Translations under genes and position numbers: made by a program
Origin: Podarcis filfolensis
Lineage: Eukaryota
Strand: one strand, 5' to 3'
NCBI GenBank assembly: GCA_964270895.1
Contig: OZ185435.1
Length of the DNA stretch: 64,000 nucleotides
Shown: positions 35,661-48,161 of the stretch, piece by piece
Layout of the letters: each line of letters opens with the position of its first letter
Numbering within the stretch: the stretch's first letter is position 1
Notes under the pieces: model-generated
Database searches by the model: none
The model's input: the letters and a program-made list of their open reading frames with translations, nothing else
Told to the model about the DNA's origin: nothing

Positions 35661-38241
35661 TAGAGATGGTGGAAACTGCAGTAAACCAACAATTGGAGGA
35701 CACAGATTAGGTACCCCTGACTTGAACATGACATGCAAATCAGCTCAGTGTGTTTTCAGTTTTAACACTCCACTTGGAATGTTCTAACTAGATGAAACAA
35801 GTATGGAAAGAACAAACCTAATGACCAGATGCACAAAAAATGCAGTCAGGAATCACACTAAATAATTTGTAAGGGCAGCAAAAATCTGCACAAACATTCA
35901 GTTGCCAAATGCAAGCAAATGTATATCAAGTGAATAACTGGGCATTTACAGTGTACAAAAATCCAACTCTAGAATAGTAGACAAAGCCACCACAAAATGG
36001 TATAGCAATCAACTAGCAGAATGTGGAAGGAGTGGAAGGACTAAGGAACTCTATCCCCTCCCCATAGGAGAGAGGTCAGTCTCCACCATCATTCAGTAAT
36101 ATATCTAAGTGTTGCATTTTTATTGACTGATAGATTGAATTTATACCGTACCCTTCCTCCTGAAGGAGTCCAGGGCAGCAAATAGATCCACAATTTAAAA
36201 ACAAAAACATTCCAAAACTGTTAAAACATTCAAAGAGCAATTTCATTCAAAAACATTATTCCATCCTGTGATCTCAGGGTTACCCGGAGCAGTATTCTTC
36301 AAGATAGCCACTCCACATATCTGAGAGAAAGTAAAAAGGTATGCAGTTTCAGACACTTTTAGAAATAGGAACCAATATCCCATTTTCCCTTGGGGTGGAG
36401 GAAGTGCTCTTTGCTCATTGCCTTATTTCCCTTCACTCCATCCCTTCCCCCCTCAAATCAGTTTTTCAAGCCATTCTGTGCCCTATCCTTTCTGTTCATC
36501 TACCCTAATACTACACCTTTCCCCCTTGCCTTGAAACAGGTAGTGTGACCCTGGAGGAAGCAGAGGGACCACTCTGTCTGACAGCCAACTTCAGTATGCT
36601 TCCGCCCCATCAAGGGGCAAAGCAAGCAGCCATCATAGCAGTATAGTATACTGCAATGAAAACACATTACACAGAGGCATAGGATAGGTAATGCCCTCTC
36701 CTCTTGTCCACCTTGACAGCCACTTCCCAATATCCTGTTTCTCCATTGTACTCAGAACATAGTAAGGAAACGAAACATTAGGAACTACATGAATGTTTTA
36801 TGTAAGTGGCAAAAGTGAATAGTTCTAGAAGCATTTGAAGAAGAAAAAAGACCAAGCTATAGCAAACTGAGAGAAGTAAATTCCAGACCATGTAAAACTG
36901 TACAGAAAATGGTCTCTCAGCAACACTTCCCTCTTCTGCAGCAAGAGAAACTGTTCTAGTACTGTATGTTCCTGCAATGGAGCAGTACATGGAACAAGGA
37001 AGCAGCATATACATGCAGTATTTTCTCATATATTAGTATCCTAAGAGTAAGTTAATAAATTTATGGGCGAAAGTGCAGTACAGCAATTCCCACACAAGAA
37101 ACCACATATATGAACCATGCAAGTATCTGTGTAGTTTAGCACTGAAACATACCCATAACGTGACTGAAGTACTAGTACAACCCGTACTTTGTTTTATTTT
37201 TTAAAGCATCTCCCTCATGTCCCTCTTTCCTCCATTTGTACTTCACTGACTACCTTTTCACTCATCTGCCTCTGCTCTAAGTTTACTGCGTTTATTTCTC
37301 CCCTACTGGCAAAATGCCTTTCGAAACACAACACCCCAACTACTTGTGGCGCACTACTCTGACTGAGCCAAGTGGCCAGGGGAGAGTTAAGGGGGCTGCC
37401 ATTATAAGCCAGGGAGACGTTTCACAAGAGTCAGAGGGTCGTCATTTAAATCGCAGCACGTGGCCGATCTTCCAGGGATTCCGACCTCCTCATTTTCCTT
37501 CCACTTGGGGTCCATTAAACCGCCAGGAATACATCGTACATCCCGTCCCTCGTCGGAATCACTTTCCAGCGGGTCATCATCACGGCCCGGGGGATCAAAT
37601 TTGCCGGCGAGGGAGTGGAAGTTGAGAGTAATATCTCAAAGGTAAAGCGGAGCTCCGTAACGAGGCGAGAGACACAGACGTGTGGCGTCAGACCCTCAGC
37701 CTCTCGGAGGCGAGCCCCGCCCCCTGGGCCCGGGGATGGCGACGCCAGCGGCTTGCGCTGCCCCGGAGCTCCGCGGGCGATAAAGCGCGCCTGCGAAATT
37801 CTTCCCCCACCCCGGAATGTCTCGCCAGCAACTATTTCAGGAGAAGCGCAAACACCAGAGGCGTCAACACCCGCCGCTGCCCGCCACCCAAGCGCCTGAG
37901 AGCCGCTTCTCCCTCCTTCTCACCCCCCCCCCAGGGTTTGGGACAGTCTCCGGCTGGTCATGAGACGCTCCCGCCCCGCCACCCGCGGAAGGCAGGCAAC
38001 CCGCGCAGCTGGCGGCCCGTCAGCGTCAAGGCAGCGGCCGTTGTGAGGCAGAGAAAAGGGGCAGACAGCGCAGCCTCCCCTCCCCCCCCCGCCGCCCAAA
38101 CTCCCGTCTCGCCAGCGGGGAAGGGAAGCGAAAGTCGTTCGGGTCCTAACGAGGCCCAATTAAAAGAGGGAGAAGAGTCCTAATAAGGCGGAGAAATGGA
38201 CGTCCCGTCCGCCGCCGGCGAGCTGGACTGAGCGGACTCAC

Positions 38242-38385
38242 CGTCGGCTGCGCGCCTTCCCTTCCTTGCCCTTCCCGGGCTCCTCCTGGCGGCCGCCGCC
38301 CTCGCGCCTGCCCCGGGGGATCCGCCCGCGCCCCGCTCGGCTCTCTCCGCCTCAGGCCGGTTTCGCAAGATGGCGGCACTTCCGG
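38242..38385 (-). other. CELF1: Probable first (non-coding) exon of CELF1
   Basis: In the CpG island. Donor ACG|GTGAGT at 38241-38236. The 5' end reads CCGGAAGTGCCGCCATCTT (ETS plus YY1, a typical TSS-proximal arrangement). TSS approximate. Confidence 0.6.
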
Positions 38386-38601
38386 GAAAGACCATCCCAG
38401 GGCAGGAGGCGCACCAACGAGATAAAGGCGCGCGAGGGAACGAGCGGACTCGTCCCCGCGCGCGCACCCCTCCGTCCGCGAATGAGCACGCTCGCTGCTC
38501 TCCCCCGCCCACCCGCGCGACAGTTGTAGCTGCGTCCGGACGCGCGGGCTCGTCCGCGCCGCCGAGATGCCTGCGGCCCGGCCCCCTCTCCGCCGAGCGC
38601 A

Positions 38602-38820
38602 ATGAGCTGCCCTAACGGCCCTCCCCGCCCCGAAGAGGTCGGCGGCCTGGCGATGGTGCTGAGCGCGCTGGGTCCCGGAGCCGCGCGGGTCCTGTTCTAC
38701 CCGACCTTGCTGTACACGCTGGTGCGGGAGTGGCTGCCCGGCTCGCAGCGGCCCTGGTTCAGCCGCGTCGACCGCTCCGTGCTGCTGGGGGCGCTGCCTC
38801 TGCGGGGACGCAGCCGCCAG
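38602..38820 (+). CDS. PTPMT1: PTPMT1 exon 1, mitochondrial phosphatidylglycerophosphatase (ARVLFYPTLLY); in-frame ATGs at 38602 and 38653
   Basis: ORF 38602-38988 contains the PTPMT1 N-terminal motif. Donor CAG|GTAACG at 38821. Confidence 0.93.
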
Positions 38821-39639
38821 GTAACGGGAGGGCTGGGCCGGGCGGAGCAGGCGTCTCGCCCGCGGGTGCTCTTTCAGCTGCTGGGCGGGAGCTGTGGCTC
38901 AGCGCGAGGCGCCGTTTCCTCGCCTTCTCCTCAAGGCTTTGGCTCTGCGGGTCACTCGGCTGGGGAGCAGCGAGGTCCCTCGGAATAGCTTCCACGGCGC
39001 ACGAGGTTTCTGCTTGTTTAGCTGCATCCTTCCCTTTAGAAACTCAGGTGTAGCCCTGCGCCCACTGCTATGTTGAACTCGGCGCGGTCTTACTCCCGAG
39101 TAGGCACGTGCACTGTTGCGCTGGACACGCTCGGTAGATCCTATGGGTAAGCCTTTACCTCTTCGATTTCTGCTGTTGAAAGATACCAAGGTATCTGCCA
39201 GCAAAAGTGCTCAAGACCCCATCAACAAGAGGGTAGCCGGTGTAGGATTGTCAACATGGAAGAAGATGGAGACTCAAATCTGTCAGAAACTCAAAGTTTG
39301 CAAGCACATGGTGATTCGAACCCAGCAAACAGCTGGGGCTATTCTTTAGGGGGCACAGGAGCTACAAGTTATCCTTGCTTCTGTTGTTTCATATGAAGGG
39401 CTGAGCAGTGAGCCCTGGAAACGTTCCTGAGCAAGCCTTTCTCCAACTTTGGTTCAACTCAAGCGCGGGCAGCTGCCCCTCTTGGGTCCAAGGCCCACTG
39501 CAGTGGAGCACTGAGCAGAAGGAATAACTTATCTCTTGCCACTAATGGTACAAATCAATTTGTAACCTGCAAAGGTAGATTTATAAATCAGGTTTATAGA
39601 CTGTTCTGTGGTGGTTCTGCTCCAGCTTGCATGATGGAT

Positions 39640-40380
39640 CTCAGAGAATAGCATTGAGGGACTTCGCTGGTGAAGAACACCTAGTCAAATTTCCTGGACT
39701 CTGGACAATGTAGTTTGGCCACTGTGACAATGTGCACTGGTAACCTCATGTTTAGACTACTATAATGCACTGTGAACTTTTCTGACAGCTGCTCTGGAAG
39801 CTGCAGCTGGTCTAGAATGCTGAGGTCCAGGTGGCAAGTAGTGTCCCATTATTGGATGTACACCTCAATTGTGAAGGGATCAACACTTACTGCCTATTGG
39901 CCACCAAGCCAGTTTTTAGTTCTTTGATTGATTGATGTAAAGGACACGACTAAACAACAAAGTCGTAAACAACCCTGAACCAGGTTACCTGATTGACCTC
40001 TGCTCCATTGCCAGGTAAAAGCATTAAGATCCCAGTTAGTCCTGCCACAACCTGATGATTGTTGGCTTGTGATGCTGCAGAGATGGACTTTTTAACTGCT
40101 GGTATCAGTGCTGAGGCATGTATACCTTGCAGAAATACAAGAGGCCCCCATCTGTATTGACATTCTACTTGCTTTAGAAGATACATGTTTTAATTGCTGT
40201 GCTGTTTGAATGGAATTGTTTGATTGCATATTTCAATCATTGTGGATGATTATATTTTATTGCTTTATGGGATTGTTTTGCTGTGTATTTTAACAATGTT
40301 GTACAATTGGTTTTTATGTTGTGTAAACTACTCAGAAGCCATCTTGGCATTAAGCAGTATATAAATTTAATAATAATAAT
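39640..40380 (+). mobile_element. Degenerate L2 LINE 3' portion
   Basis: Remnant LDYxNAL / KLQLVQNA-like coding (gactactataatgcactg; ctgcagctggtctagaatgct), ending in gcagtatataaatttaataataataat. Confidence 0.6.
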
Positions 40381-40724
40381 AGACTGCTATTCATTGTATG
40401 GTAATCACACAGCAGTTTTCAGAATAAATGTATAAAACATTATATAGAAGAAAACTGAACAATAGTGAACAAAATAAAATATGCAAAAATTATAGCTAAA
40501 ATGGCAGCAGAACATATTGACAAAACTAAAGCATAAATTAAAATCAGAACAACAATTTAGATTCCACCAAAAGTGGTTAAAAAAGGGAGTGGGAACCTGC
40601 TTCTATGGCCTTCGGTCTGGAAGCTTCTGTTTATGGCACATATTGAGTGAGAACCATTAGGAGAGGATGGGCTAGGTACTGAAATATATTGAGACCTGGA
40701 CTTAGTTGTATGTTCTTCCTGCAG

Positions 40725-40805
40725 TTGGTAGAGGAGCAGAATGTCCGAGGAGTGGTCACCATGAACGAAGAGTATGAGACTCGCTTCCTGTGTTATTCCT
40801 CTGAG
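40725..40805 (+). CDS. PTPMT1: PTPMT1 exon 2 (LVEEQNVRGVVTMNEEYETRFLCYSSE)
   Basis: ttcttcctgcag| acceptor, GAG|GTGAGT donor, 81 nt. Confidence 0.96.
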
Positions 40806-41556
40806 GTGAGTCCCCCCACAAGCTCCATTGTGTCCAAGAAAACAGGGGATCCAACTGACAAGCTCCCTCAGAAGGGAATATTTAAACATCAGTATAGAAT
40901 GCTGTCTGAGGGGGATACAGGACAGCCCACAATCTTACTGAATCAGAACTGCATGTTATGCTACCATATCTGTGCATGTTTACACAGACATTGTTAGCAC
41001 CCGTCTGTCTTGAGAGACAATGGAGTGTGCCTCTGGGGGTGAAGGCAAACTGCTGCATTAGCACCAAACTGCCCTCCTATGGTGCGCAAGCCTCAGGCCA
41101 TGTTTTCACTGAAACGTCTTGACTTGGGCTGCAATTATGTGCATGTTTACTTGGTGGAAAGGCATGTTGAACATAATTGTTCATACTTCTGAATAAATGC
41201 AGAGGCCAGTGGGAATTATACTCAGATAAATTTCCCCCTTTCCCCACTTAGTTACCCTCACTGTACTGCTACCTAATTTTACCGTTTTGTCTCCCACATT
41301 ATTTTCTTAGCCCCGTTTTTGCAGTCTTCCTTTCAGCTTTCCTCAATAACTTTTAACGGTGCAATTGTATGTGTGTCTACTCAGAAGTAAGTCCCATGGA
41401 GTTTAGTAGGGTTCAGAAGATAACTGCAGCCCAAATTAGCAACTTTTTCTTGTGGCATCGTTCCCTTGACTTTCATTGTGCCCAATGAAAAGGTGACAGT
41501 GGTCATTGCCTCTCTTTTCCAAATGGATGATTCTGTGTTTTCTGGGTTAATTGCAG

Positions 41557-41748
41557 GAATGGGCGGAAATGGGTGTAGAACAGTTGCGCCTTAGTACTGT
41601 TGATTTGACTGGCGTCCCATCATTGGAAAATCTGCATAAAGGTGTTGAGTTTGTGATGAAGCATCGTGCATCTGGGAACTCAGTATATGTGCACTGCAAA
41701 GCTGGCCGCTTTCGCAGTGCCACTATGGTTGCTGCATATTTAATTCAG
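41557..41748 (+). CDS. PTPMT1: PTPMT1 exon 3, dual-specificity phosphatase core (VYVHCKAGRFRSATMVAAYLIQ)
   Basis: ttaattgcag| acceptor, CAG|GTAAGA donor, 192 nt, CX5R motif present. Confidence 0.96.
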
Positions 41749-42507
41749 GTAAGAAAGCTTCCAATATACCGAGAAAGTGGTAATGGATCAATTGTACACA
41801 AACTGCTTCTGTTAAACAAGAATAAGAGAAGCGGAACTCTTCCCAGGACTGCTACTCTGCTTCCAACATGGTCTTAATTTATTGGCTTTAATTAGGGTAT
41901 AGCACTTCATTTAGTACTCATGGGGAGAGAAAATGAGTATGACTGTCAGCTTCCCTGTGACTGGGATGGACTTGGGAGTCATTTCCACTTCTGTATTAAA
42001 GTTGGCAGTATGAACGAAAAATGCTTGCACTTGCAAGCCCCTTGCTGCCTGGAAAGTGGGAAGAACATGTGTAGGATATTAGATAGACGACTATTAGTGC
42101 ATTTTTTCCTTACCAGTTGTACATCATTTAGTTTTGAAAATAAGATATTTGTCTAGGCTTGTATCCATTCATCATGCTGGGATACTTGGATAGTGTTAAG
42201 AGCATATAGCCCAAATATAATCAATTATGCTTTGAGATTGAATGGAAAGCAATGCAGAAGCCATTCTTCCTCCAGCAGGAGCAAAAAAGAGATGCTTAAG
42301 TATAACAGTTGTTGAGTAATCAAGTAATCTGCAAGGCAGATTTTAGCCAACAGACTCACAAATGACAACAAATATTTGGGATTCTTTTAAATGTGAGGGT
42401 ATTGTTTTTGAACTTCCCTTTCTCACTATCTGTTTTTCCATTCCATTGCTTAAGCTAGTTAGTTCCCAGCTTAGATAGTTTTTCATTTGGATTTTCTGCC
42501 TTTGCAG

Positions 42508-42723
42508 CTCCACCACTGTACCCCTCAACAAGCAATAGCCACAATTCTTAAGATACGTCCTCATATAATCATACGTGAAAAGCAAATGAAGTTGCTGGAA
42601 GACTTTCATACGTGTGTAACTGCTGGAACTCCTGCACAGCAAGAGCCACCAAAGATTCAGCAAGGAAAGAACAAGCCAACACACAACGTGCAGAACCGTC
42701 CACTGAAAACATCTGGTTCCTAA
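42508..42723 (+). CDS. PTPMT1: PTPMT1 exon 4 (LHHCTPQQAIATILKIRPHIIIR...TSGS*)
   Basis: ctgcctttgcag| acceptor. ORF 42487-42723 ends in TAA. Confidence 0.93.
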   Translation, partial: LHHCTPQQAIATILKIRPHIIIREKQMKLLEDFHTCVTAGTPAQQEPPKIQQGKNKPTHNVQNRPLKTSGS

Positions 42724-42953
42724 CATATTGTTTAGGGGTAGACTGTTGTCTCAGCTACCACAAAGTTTCTTGAAGCATGAGAGCAAAGGAGATCTGGTAG
42801 CTTCCAGCTTTATGACTCCTAGCTGAACATGGTTTGCCTCTACTGCTGGTCTCTATTATTACTTATCTCAGTGCACCAGCATGGAACCACTGTCAGCACT
42901 GCTCCCTCTCAAATACAAGCAATTATAAACAAGTTGTGTTGTTCCGGAAGGCC

Positions 42954-42959
42954 TTTATT
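42954..42959 (-). terminator. Candidate KBTBD4 polyadenylation signal AATAAA (second candidate 43143-43148)
   Basis: Plus-strand tttatt downstream of the KBTBD4 stop. Confidence 0.5.
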
Positions 42960-43641
42960 GAGACTTGCACCCCAAGGATCTTACAGCATCAACAAATAGG
43001 TTTGACATGATTCTCCTCTTTTAACATGTTCTCCCCCCCCCCAGCCCCATATGTCACTGAATGAGCACTCTAAATATGAGGGCAAGGGTCCAAGCTTTCT
43101 GTTTTTTACCAAGTAGTAACACAGTCTGGGATAGCTGCCTCCTTTATTCCTAGTTCAATCATATCCAATGCATTGCTGATGTTACTTTCAGTACCTCTTG
43201 CTAGATTTGTCCTTCGTAGCCCTGATAAAGGAGGGAGCCTTCACTTTTATCTGCTAGCTGCAGCTCTAAGGGATGTTTTGTACCTTGACAGATTGCTGCA
43301 ATAGATAGCCTGCAACATAAGACAGTATAAATACTTCATCTATTTTGCATAGGGCTTGTTGGTAAAGGGTTTGGGCCCAAGACGCCTCTTAGCTGTGGGG
43401 TTCTGAGACACAAGAAGCTGACCAGCAGGGGACCACAGTGACAGCAGTAATCCAGACAGAATGCGGATGCCGCCTATGTGTGGCTACAATGCTGCTGCTT
43501 GTGAGCAGGAGTTGGAAGGTGGGGCAGGGAACTCTCTAAAGTATTGTGATCTTTCTCAAGGAGCTGGAGCTATGGGGTCTATACATCTCTGAGCTGTTTA
43601 AAGGAATGTCTTCGTTGTTCTGGCACTGCACCTTTCTTCCT

Positions 43642-44502
43642 TCATGCCAACACAAATTGCAAATTTGTGAGTAGCACCTTGAGGCCACTGGTGACAGTCA
43701 CCACAGAAGTGGCTGGATTGAGTTTGAAGGTGTTGGCATCTCCCTTTTTGTAACGATCCCGGAAGATGTAGATGTTGCCATTACAACTAGCAATTTTCCA
43801 AAGAGATGGTACTGAGCTCCAGGCATCTGGCAAGCAGAGCCGCGTGAAGCTATCCAACAGAGGGTTATAGCACAGCAGCGAATCCCCCTCTGCTACAATG
43901 AACACCAGGTCCTTGTGCACAGCAGCATGCATGCGGCCTGCAAAGGGTAACACGTAAGGCTTTACATGACACTTCTCTGTATTGGTATCGTAACACTGGA
44001 TAAGCCGAGAGGGCTTGGTAAAGAAATCAAGGTCATTCTCCTCCCCGCCTAACAAATAAATGACACCATTGAGATTTACACCTGTAGCCCCAGACACTGC
44101 AACTTCCAGCTGGCTAGTCTCTGTCCATACATTGTCTCTTACTCTGTAGTATATGATGGCATTTGAGAGGATGTCCTGCAGTGTCTTGCCCCCCAGTGAA
44201 TAGATCGCATCCTTGCTGGGCACAGAAACCAGAGTGTGTTGTAGCCTGTCGCGGGGCAGGGGGGCACACCATTCCCAGTCTATCGTGGTGTTGTTGCATT
44301 TCCACATGCGCCGTGGAATGGATCCTCCAACAACATAGAGGTCACTACCATGCTTGCAAGCTGCAGTGATTTGGTGACACAAACTGTTCTGACCACTAAC
44401 ACTGATGGAGTCATCATCTGCACAATGCAGTGAGACAGCAAGAGAATGTGTACGGGATGACTCCTTTCCAATCAGGTAGATATGAACGTTCTCTCCAATT
44501 TC
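43642..44502 (-). CDS. KBTBD4: KBTBD4 exon 4, BACK end and Kelch repeats (EIGENVHIYLIGKES...TNLQFVLA*)
   Basis: ORF 43642-44382 extended upstream in frame to the ttttattgtttag|GAA acceptor. Contains GGSIPRRMWKC and Kelch GG motifs. Confidence 0.97.
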   Translation of the reverse strand, partial: EIGENVHIYLIGKESSRTHSLAVSLHCADDDSISVSGQNSLCHQITAACKHGSDLYVVGGSIPRRMWKCNNTTIDWEWCAPLPRDRLQHTLVSVPSKDAIYSLGGKTLQDILSNAIIYYRVRDNVWTETSQLEVAVSGATGVNLNGVIYLLGGEENDLDFFTKPSRLIQCYDTNTEKCHVKPYVLPFAGRMHAAVHKDLVFIVAEGDSLLCYNPLLDSFTRLCLPDAWSSVPSLWKIASCNGNIYIFRDRYKKGDANTFKLNPATSVVTVTSGLKVLLTNLQFVLA

Positions 44503-46721
44503 CTAAACAATAAAACAAAATTTCATTAAAGTTGTGCATAGATATGCATGCAGAAATTCAGTCAAGAGGAGGCCAATGATAAGTGCAAAGAAATACCTAC
44601 AGCAAATTAGCTTGGGGTTTCACAGCTCAAATTACTAGTAAGCTATTCCACAATTACCACAATGTATTAGGCCACTGATAGCCGACATGCTGGGACTGAA
44701 GTCTTTTGTGACTCTTATTTTTTTTCATTTCATTTTATAACCATAATGTATATAGCTTTCCAGACCAATGCCTGGCATGCAGAAAGCCTCTGGTTCAATC
44801 CCTAACACCCCCAAGTAGAGCTGGAAAAGACTTTTGTCTGAAATTTTGGAGACTTGCTGTCAATCATTACAGACAACTTCCTATATTACGAGGAAGACGA
44901 AAACTAGATAAACAGTTAAGAAACGCAGGTTCAGTTACTGAATTATGTAGCTAGCAAGTTTAAACTAGCATTTCAATTGAGTATTTTCCAGCAGCTGAGA
45001 AGGGAATCCATATATAGGTAATCTGTTTGTGTCCTTAGCCAACTTCCAAGGTGAGCAGGTTATAAACATTTCCACCCACAACCATGATCTTAAAGGGTGT
45101 GTGCAGAGGGGGTGAAATTGTTGTTTGTCTCTCCCTTCTGGGCCAGCATGGCTTGGTTTTCCAATCTGATGGGACTGGGATCCTTTTGGTAGAGAGAAGA
45201 GAGATCTCAGGGACACTTTCTCCACCCAGACATTGTACCTTCCTGTTCAACAACTGAAAGAGGAGGGGTCTAGAACATAAAGGCTCTGCCCACAGAGCAG
45301 TCATTACCTTTCTAAACTAATATAAAACTCGTGCACATTGCACCTATGAGAAAATCTGGAAGGCCTTTGTGAGGTGGTTCAGGAAAAGATGAGGACACAT
45401 TGCATGCAAACATCAAAGTGGGTGTTCACTTTCCTTCAGGATGGTCTGGATTGGGGCTTGACACCTAATACTCCAAAAAGGCAAGTGGCAGCTCTCTTCT
45501 GTCTCAGGGATGCAAGGGTTGCATATCCTCACATCCTTGTATTATAAGGAGTTACTTGAAACTTCCCCTGGCATATCGTTTTTCTACCTGGGACCTAAAC
45601 AAGGCCCTCGCAAAATCACATTTCAAGTTTTATAACCATAACCTTAAGAGTGTCTGAGCCATAAGGTGGTTTTCTTGGTAGTTAATTGCCTCTGCTGTAA
45701 GGATTTCAGAGCAGAGAGCCTTGCCATCTTGGAAAGAACTCTGTATCTTCCACTCAGATTCAATGGCCTTCACCCTACATTCATTCCTAAAAGGAATTCT
45801 ATTTTTCACAGGGCTCAGGAAGTTAATCACCATCATTTTTGGCTAGGTCCCAAGGAAAAGGAGTGTCACTAGATGTTCATAGGCTGCTGTGAATTTACCT
45901 GGGATGAGCAAAGGAGTTGAGACAGTCTGATTCTGTTTTAGCCAAGCCCTTTGCAAGAAAAAAATGTCTCCTCAACTACTCTGTTTTGATGGATATGGAC
46001 ATGCATAGCTAAGTGCTATGTAGCTTCTGGATCACGCTACCAGGAGTGCTTTGACTGCTGCCTTTAGCACTAATGCCCCTTGAGTTGACATCTGCAGGGA
46101 AGCAATGACCACCTGTTTTCACATTATTGAAGCGCTACAGGAGGAATACGTTTGATTCTGCTGTGTTATCTTTTGGCAGGAAGGTGCTTTGGCAAGTGGT
46201 GCCAAGGTAGGAGGTCCTTGCAGTGGCCTCCTGGCTACTGCTGTTTTATATCCCAACCACAGATCCCGTCCTCCACTGCAGGAAAACCGAACACTGGACT
46301 TACAGTGATAAGTTCATTTTCTGAACCACCATAGTAGTGTATCCATGGTTGGGTGAAATGAGGTTATGATAGTGCAGTTGTTAACTTTCTGCAATTCTAA
46401 TCTTCTGTTTCATGGGGTATTTTGTTTTCCTTCTTGGGTTTGCCATGCTTTTGTTTTTTTGGTTACAGCTAGCTGTTGTACCTTCTGGAACTGAAAGGGC
46501 AGGGCTGATTCTGCCTAGTGGATCGAGTAGGAGAAGCAACCCATCAGTAGATCCTTCTCCACCCCCTGTTACAATTCTATTATCACATCAGACTGATTGC
46601 CACTGCTTACATCACTCTAGTGTCAAGGGCAGCCCACGTTTCTAACTATGGAAACCTTTCTACACTGATTACAGTTAAGGGAGGCAGGCTGAAACACTGA
46701 ATAGACTGCTTTGTCATGTAC

Positions 46722-46828
46722 CTTTAAACTTGATCGCAGTATCTCTGAGAAACCTGCACGCTCTTCTTTATTGAAGCCAATCCAGGTTTCTATGGCAGCT
46801 GCTGGATTCTGTGAACATGGAACCCCAT
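46722..46828 (-). CDS. KBTBD4: KBTBD4 exon 3 (DGVPCSQNPAAAIETWIGFNKEERAGFSEILRSSLK)
   Basis: Lies within ORF 46623-46868. ccatacag|AT acceptor, AAG|GTACAT donor, 107 nt. Confidence 0.95.
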
Positions 46829-48161
46829 CTGTATGGTTGCAGATAAAAAAAACCATATAAAGTATCAATCAATCAAGTATAAAATTTTCATGGCATGGGC
46901 ATAGCAAGTACAGTATTCCCTTTCCCCCCAACACATACCAGCTTTAGCTGGTATAAACAAGAGCAGGAGCCCTTGCATGTTAGCATTTCTATTCTACAGA
47001 AGCAGCAAAAATATTTCCTGCCCAAGGCTGTCAACTTAATGAATTTGTTATCTGGTAACCATAGCCTCAACATTATTAACAGGACCAGACTACATTCTCT
47101 GCTTGCCACAGATAAACAGCTAGGCCTTCATTTTGTCCTGCTTAATTTTGGAGGGCTTTTTTAATATTTCCTTGTCATATGTCTCACAAAGAACAACATT
47201 TAAGAAGTGATGCTGCAACAGACATGAATTTGGTTGTCATTTTAGAAAAGCTATTCACTAGAACATTTAGTATAATTCTGGGTGACGATATTGTGTACAA
47301 AGAAACTTTTAACCACGTTACAAATCCTGACATGTTTTAAGCTACTGCATTGCTCAGAGATACTGGAAATAATTTTAAATATTCAGTGCTTTCAGTACAA
47401 TGATGTAAGTCCAGTCAAATACAGTTCCACTGCCTGATTCAATTAAGTACTCTGCTTCCTGCTCTTCAGGATAGCAGGACTTTGCTTCTGTGGGAAAGCT
47501 GGTTCTTTGTTAATCCCATTACTAGTAATAAGATCAGTGGCTGTAGAAACCAGCAGAAGTTAATAGGGATTTCAGTTGAAAAAGTGGGTCAGTAGGCCAA
47601 ACAACAGATAAATCTTAAACTTTATTCAGTATTAATGCTGGCCATTAAGCTTGCTTTTTTCTGAGTTTCCTCTAGCTCTGAGTTCTGGCATTAAGGGAAA
47701 CTACATACATCAGGCGCCATCCTGGGCTTTTTTGGGAGGAAGGATGGGATATAAATTGAATAAATAAATATTTAAGACTAAGCAATGTATTGTCTCAGTT
47801 CAAATTTTTAATAAACTTTGTAATATAACTATCATGTTACATATCGTAACTAATGATGACCCTTGTAACTGAGTATTAAAAACTACCTGGAGTACATAAC
47901 TGCATAGAATATTTGAGTTGTGTGCCAAGAGGTCTTCAGTCTCTAAATCAATTTCAATCTAGTACGTAATTATTCAGGAAGTAATGTCCAATCCCTTTCT
48001 AGGTCCTTCAGCACACTGTTCCTCCACCCTCTGACGCAACAAATTCCAAATAAAGTAAACCCAAACAAACTGCAAAAGTAGATATGCAGGTAGAATGCCA
48101 GCAGAGGTGGGGGGGGGGCTTTCCAGTGTATTATACAATTTGTCACATGCACCATCTATGT

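Larger units (their letters stand above)
37600..39100. promoter_or_regulatory. CpG island and bidirectional promoter CELF1 (-) / PTPMT1 (+)
   Basis: Very high GC and CpG density. YY1 motif AAGATGGCGGC at 38367-38377 abuts ETS motif ACTTCCGG at 38378-38385. About 220 bp separates the CELF1 exon-1 5' end from the PTPMT1 ATG. Confidence 0.85.

Noticed and set aside
37314-39349. Many overlapping Pro/Arg/Ala-rich ORFs up to 167 aa
   Set aside because: Stop-codon depletion in a CpG island; only the PTPMT1 frame has homology.
44302-44328. KBTBD4 Kelch loop GGSIPRRMW, the site of neomorphic tumour indels in human
   Set aside because: The sequence is the ordinary wild-type motif with no insertion.
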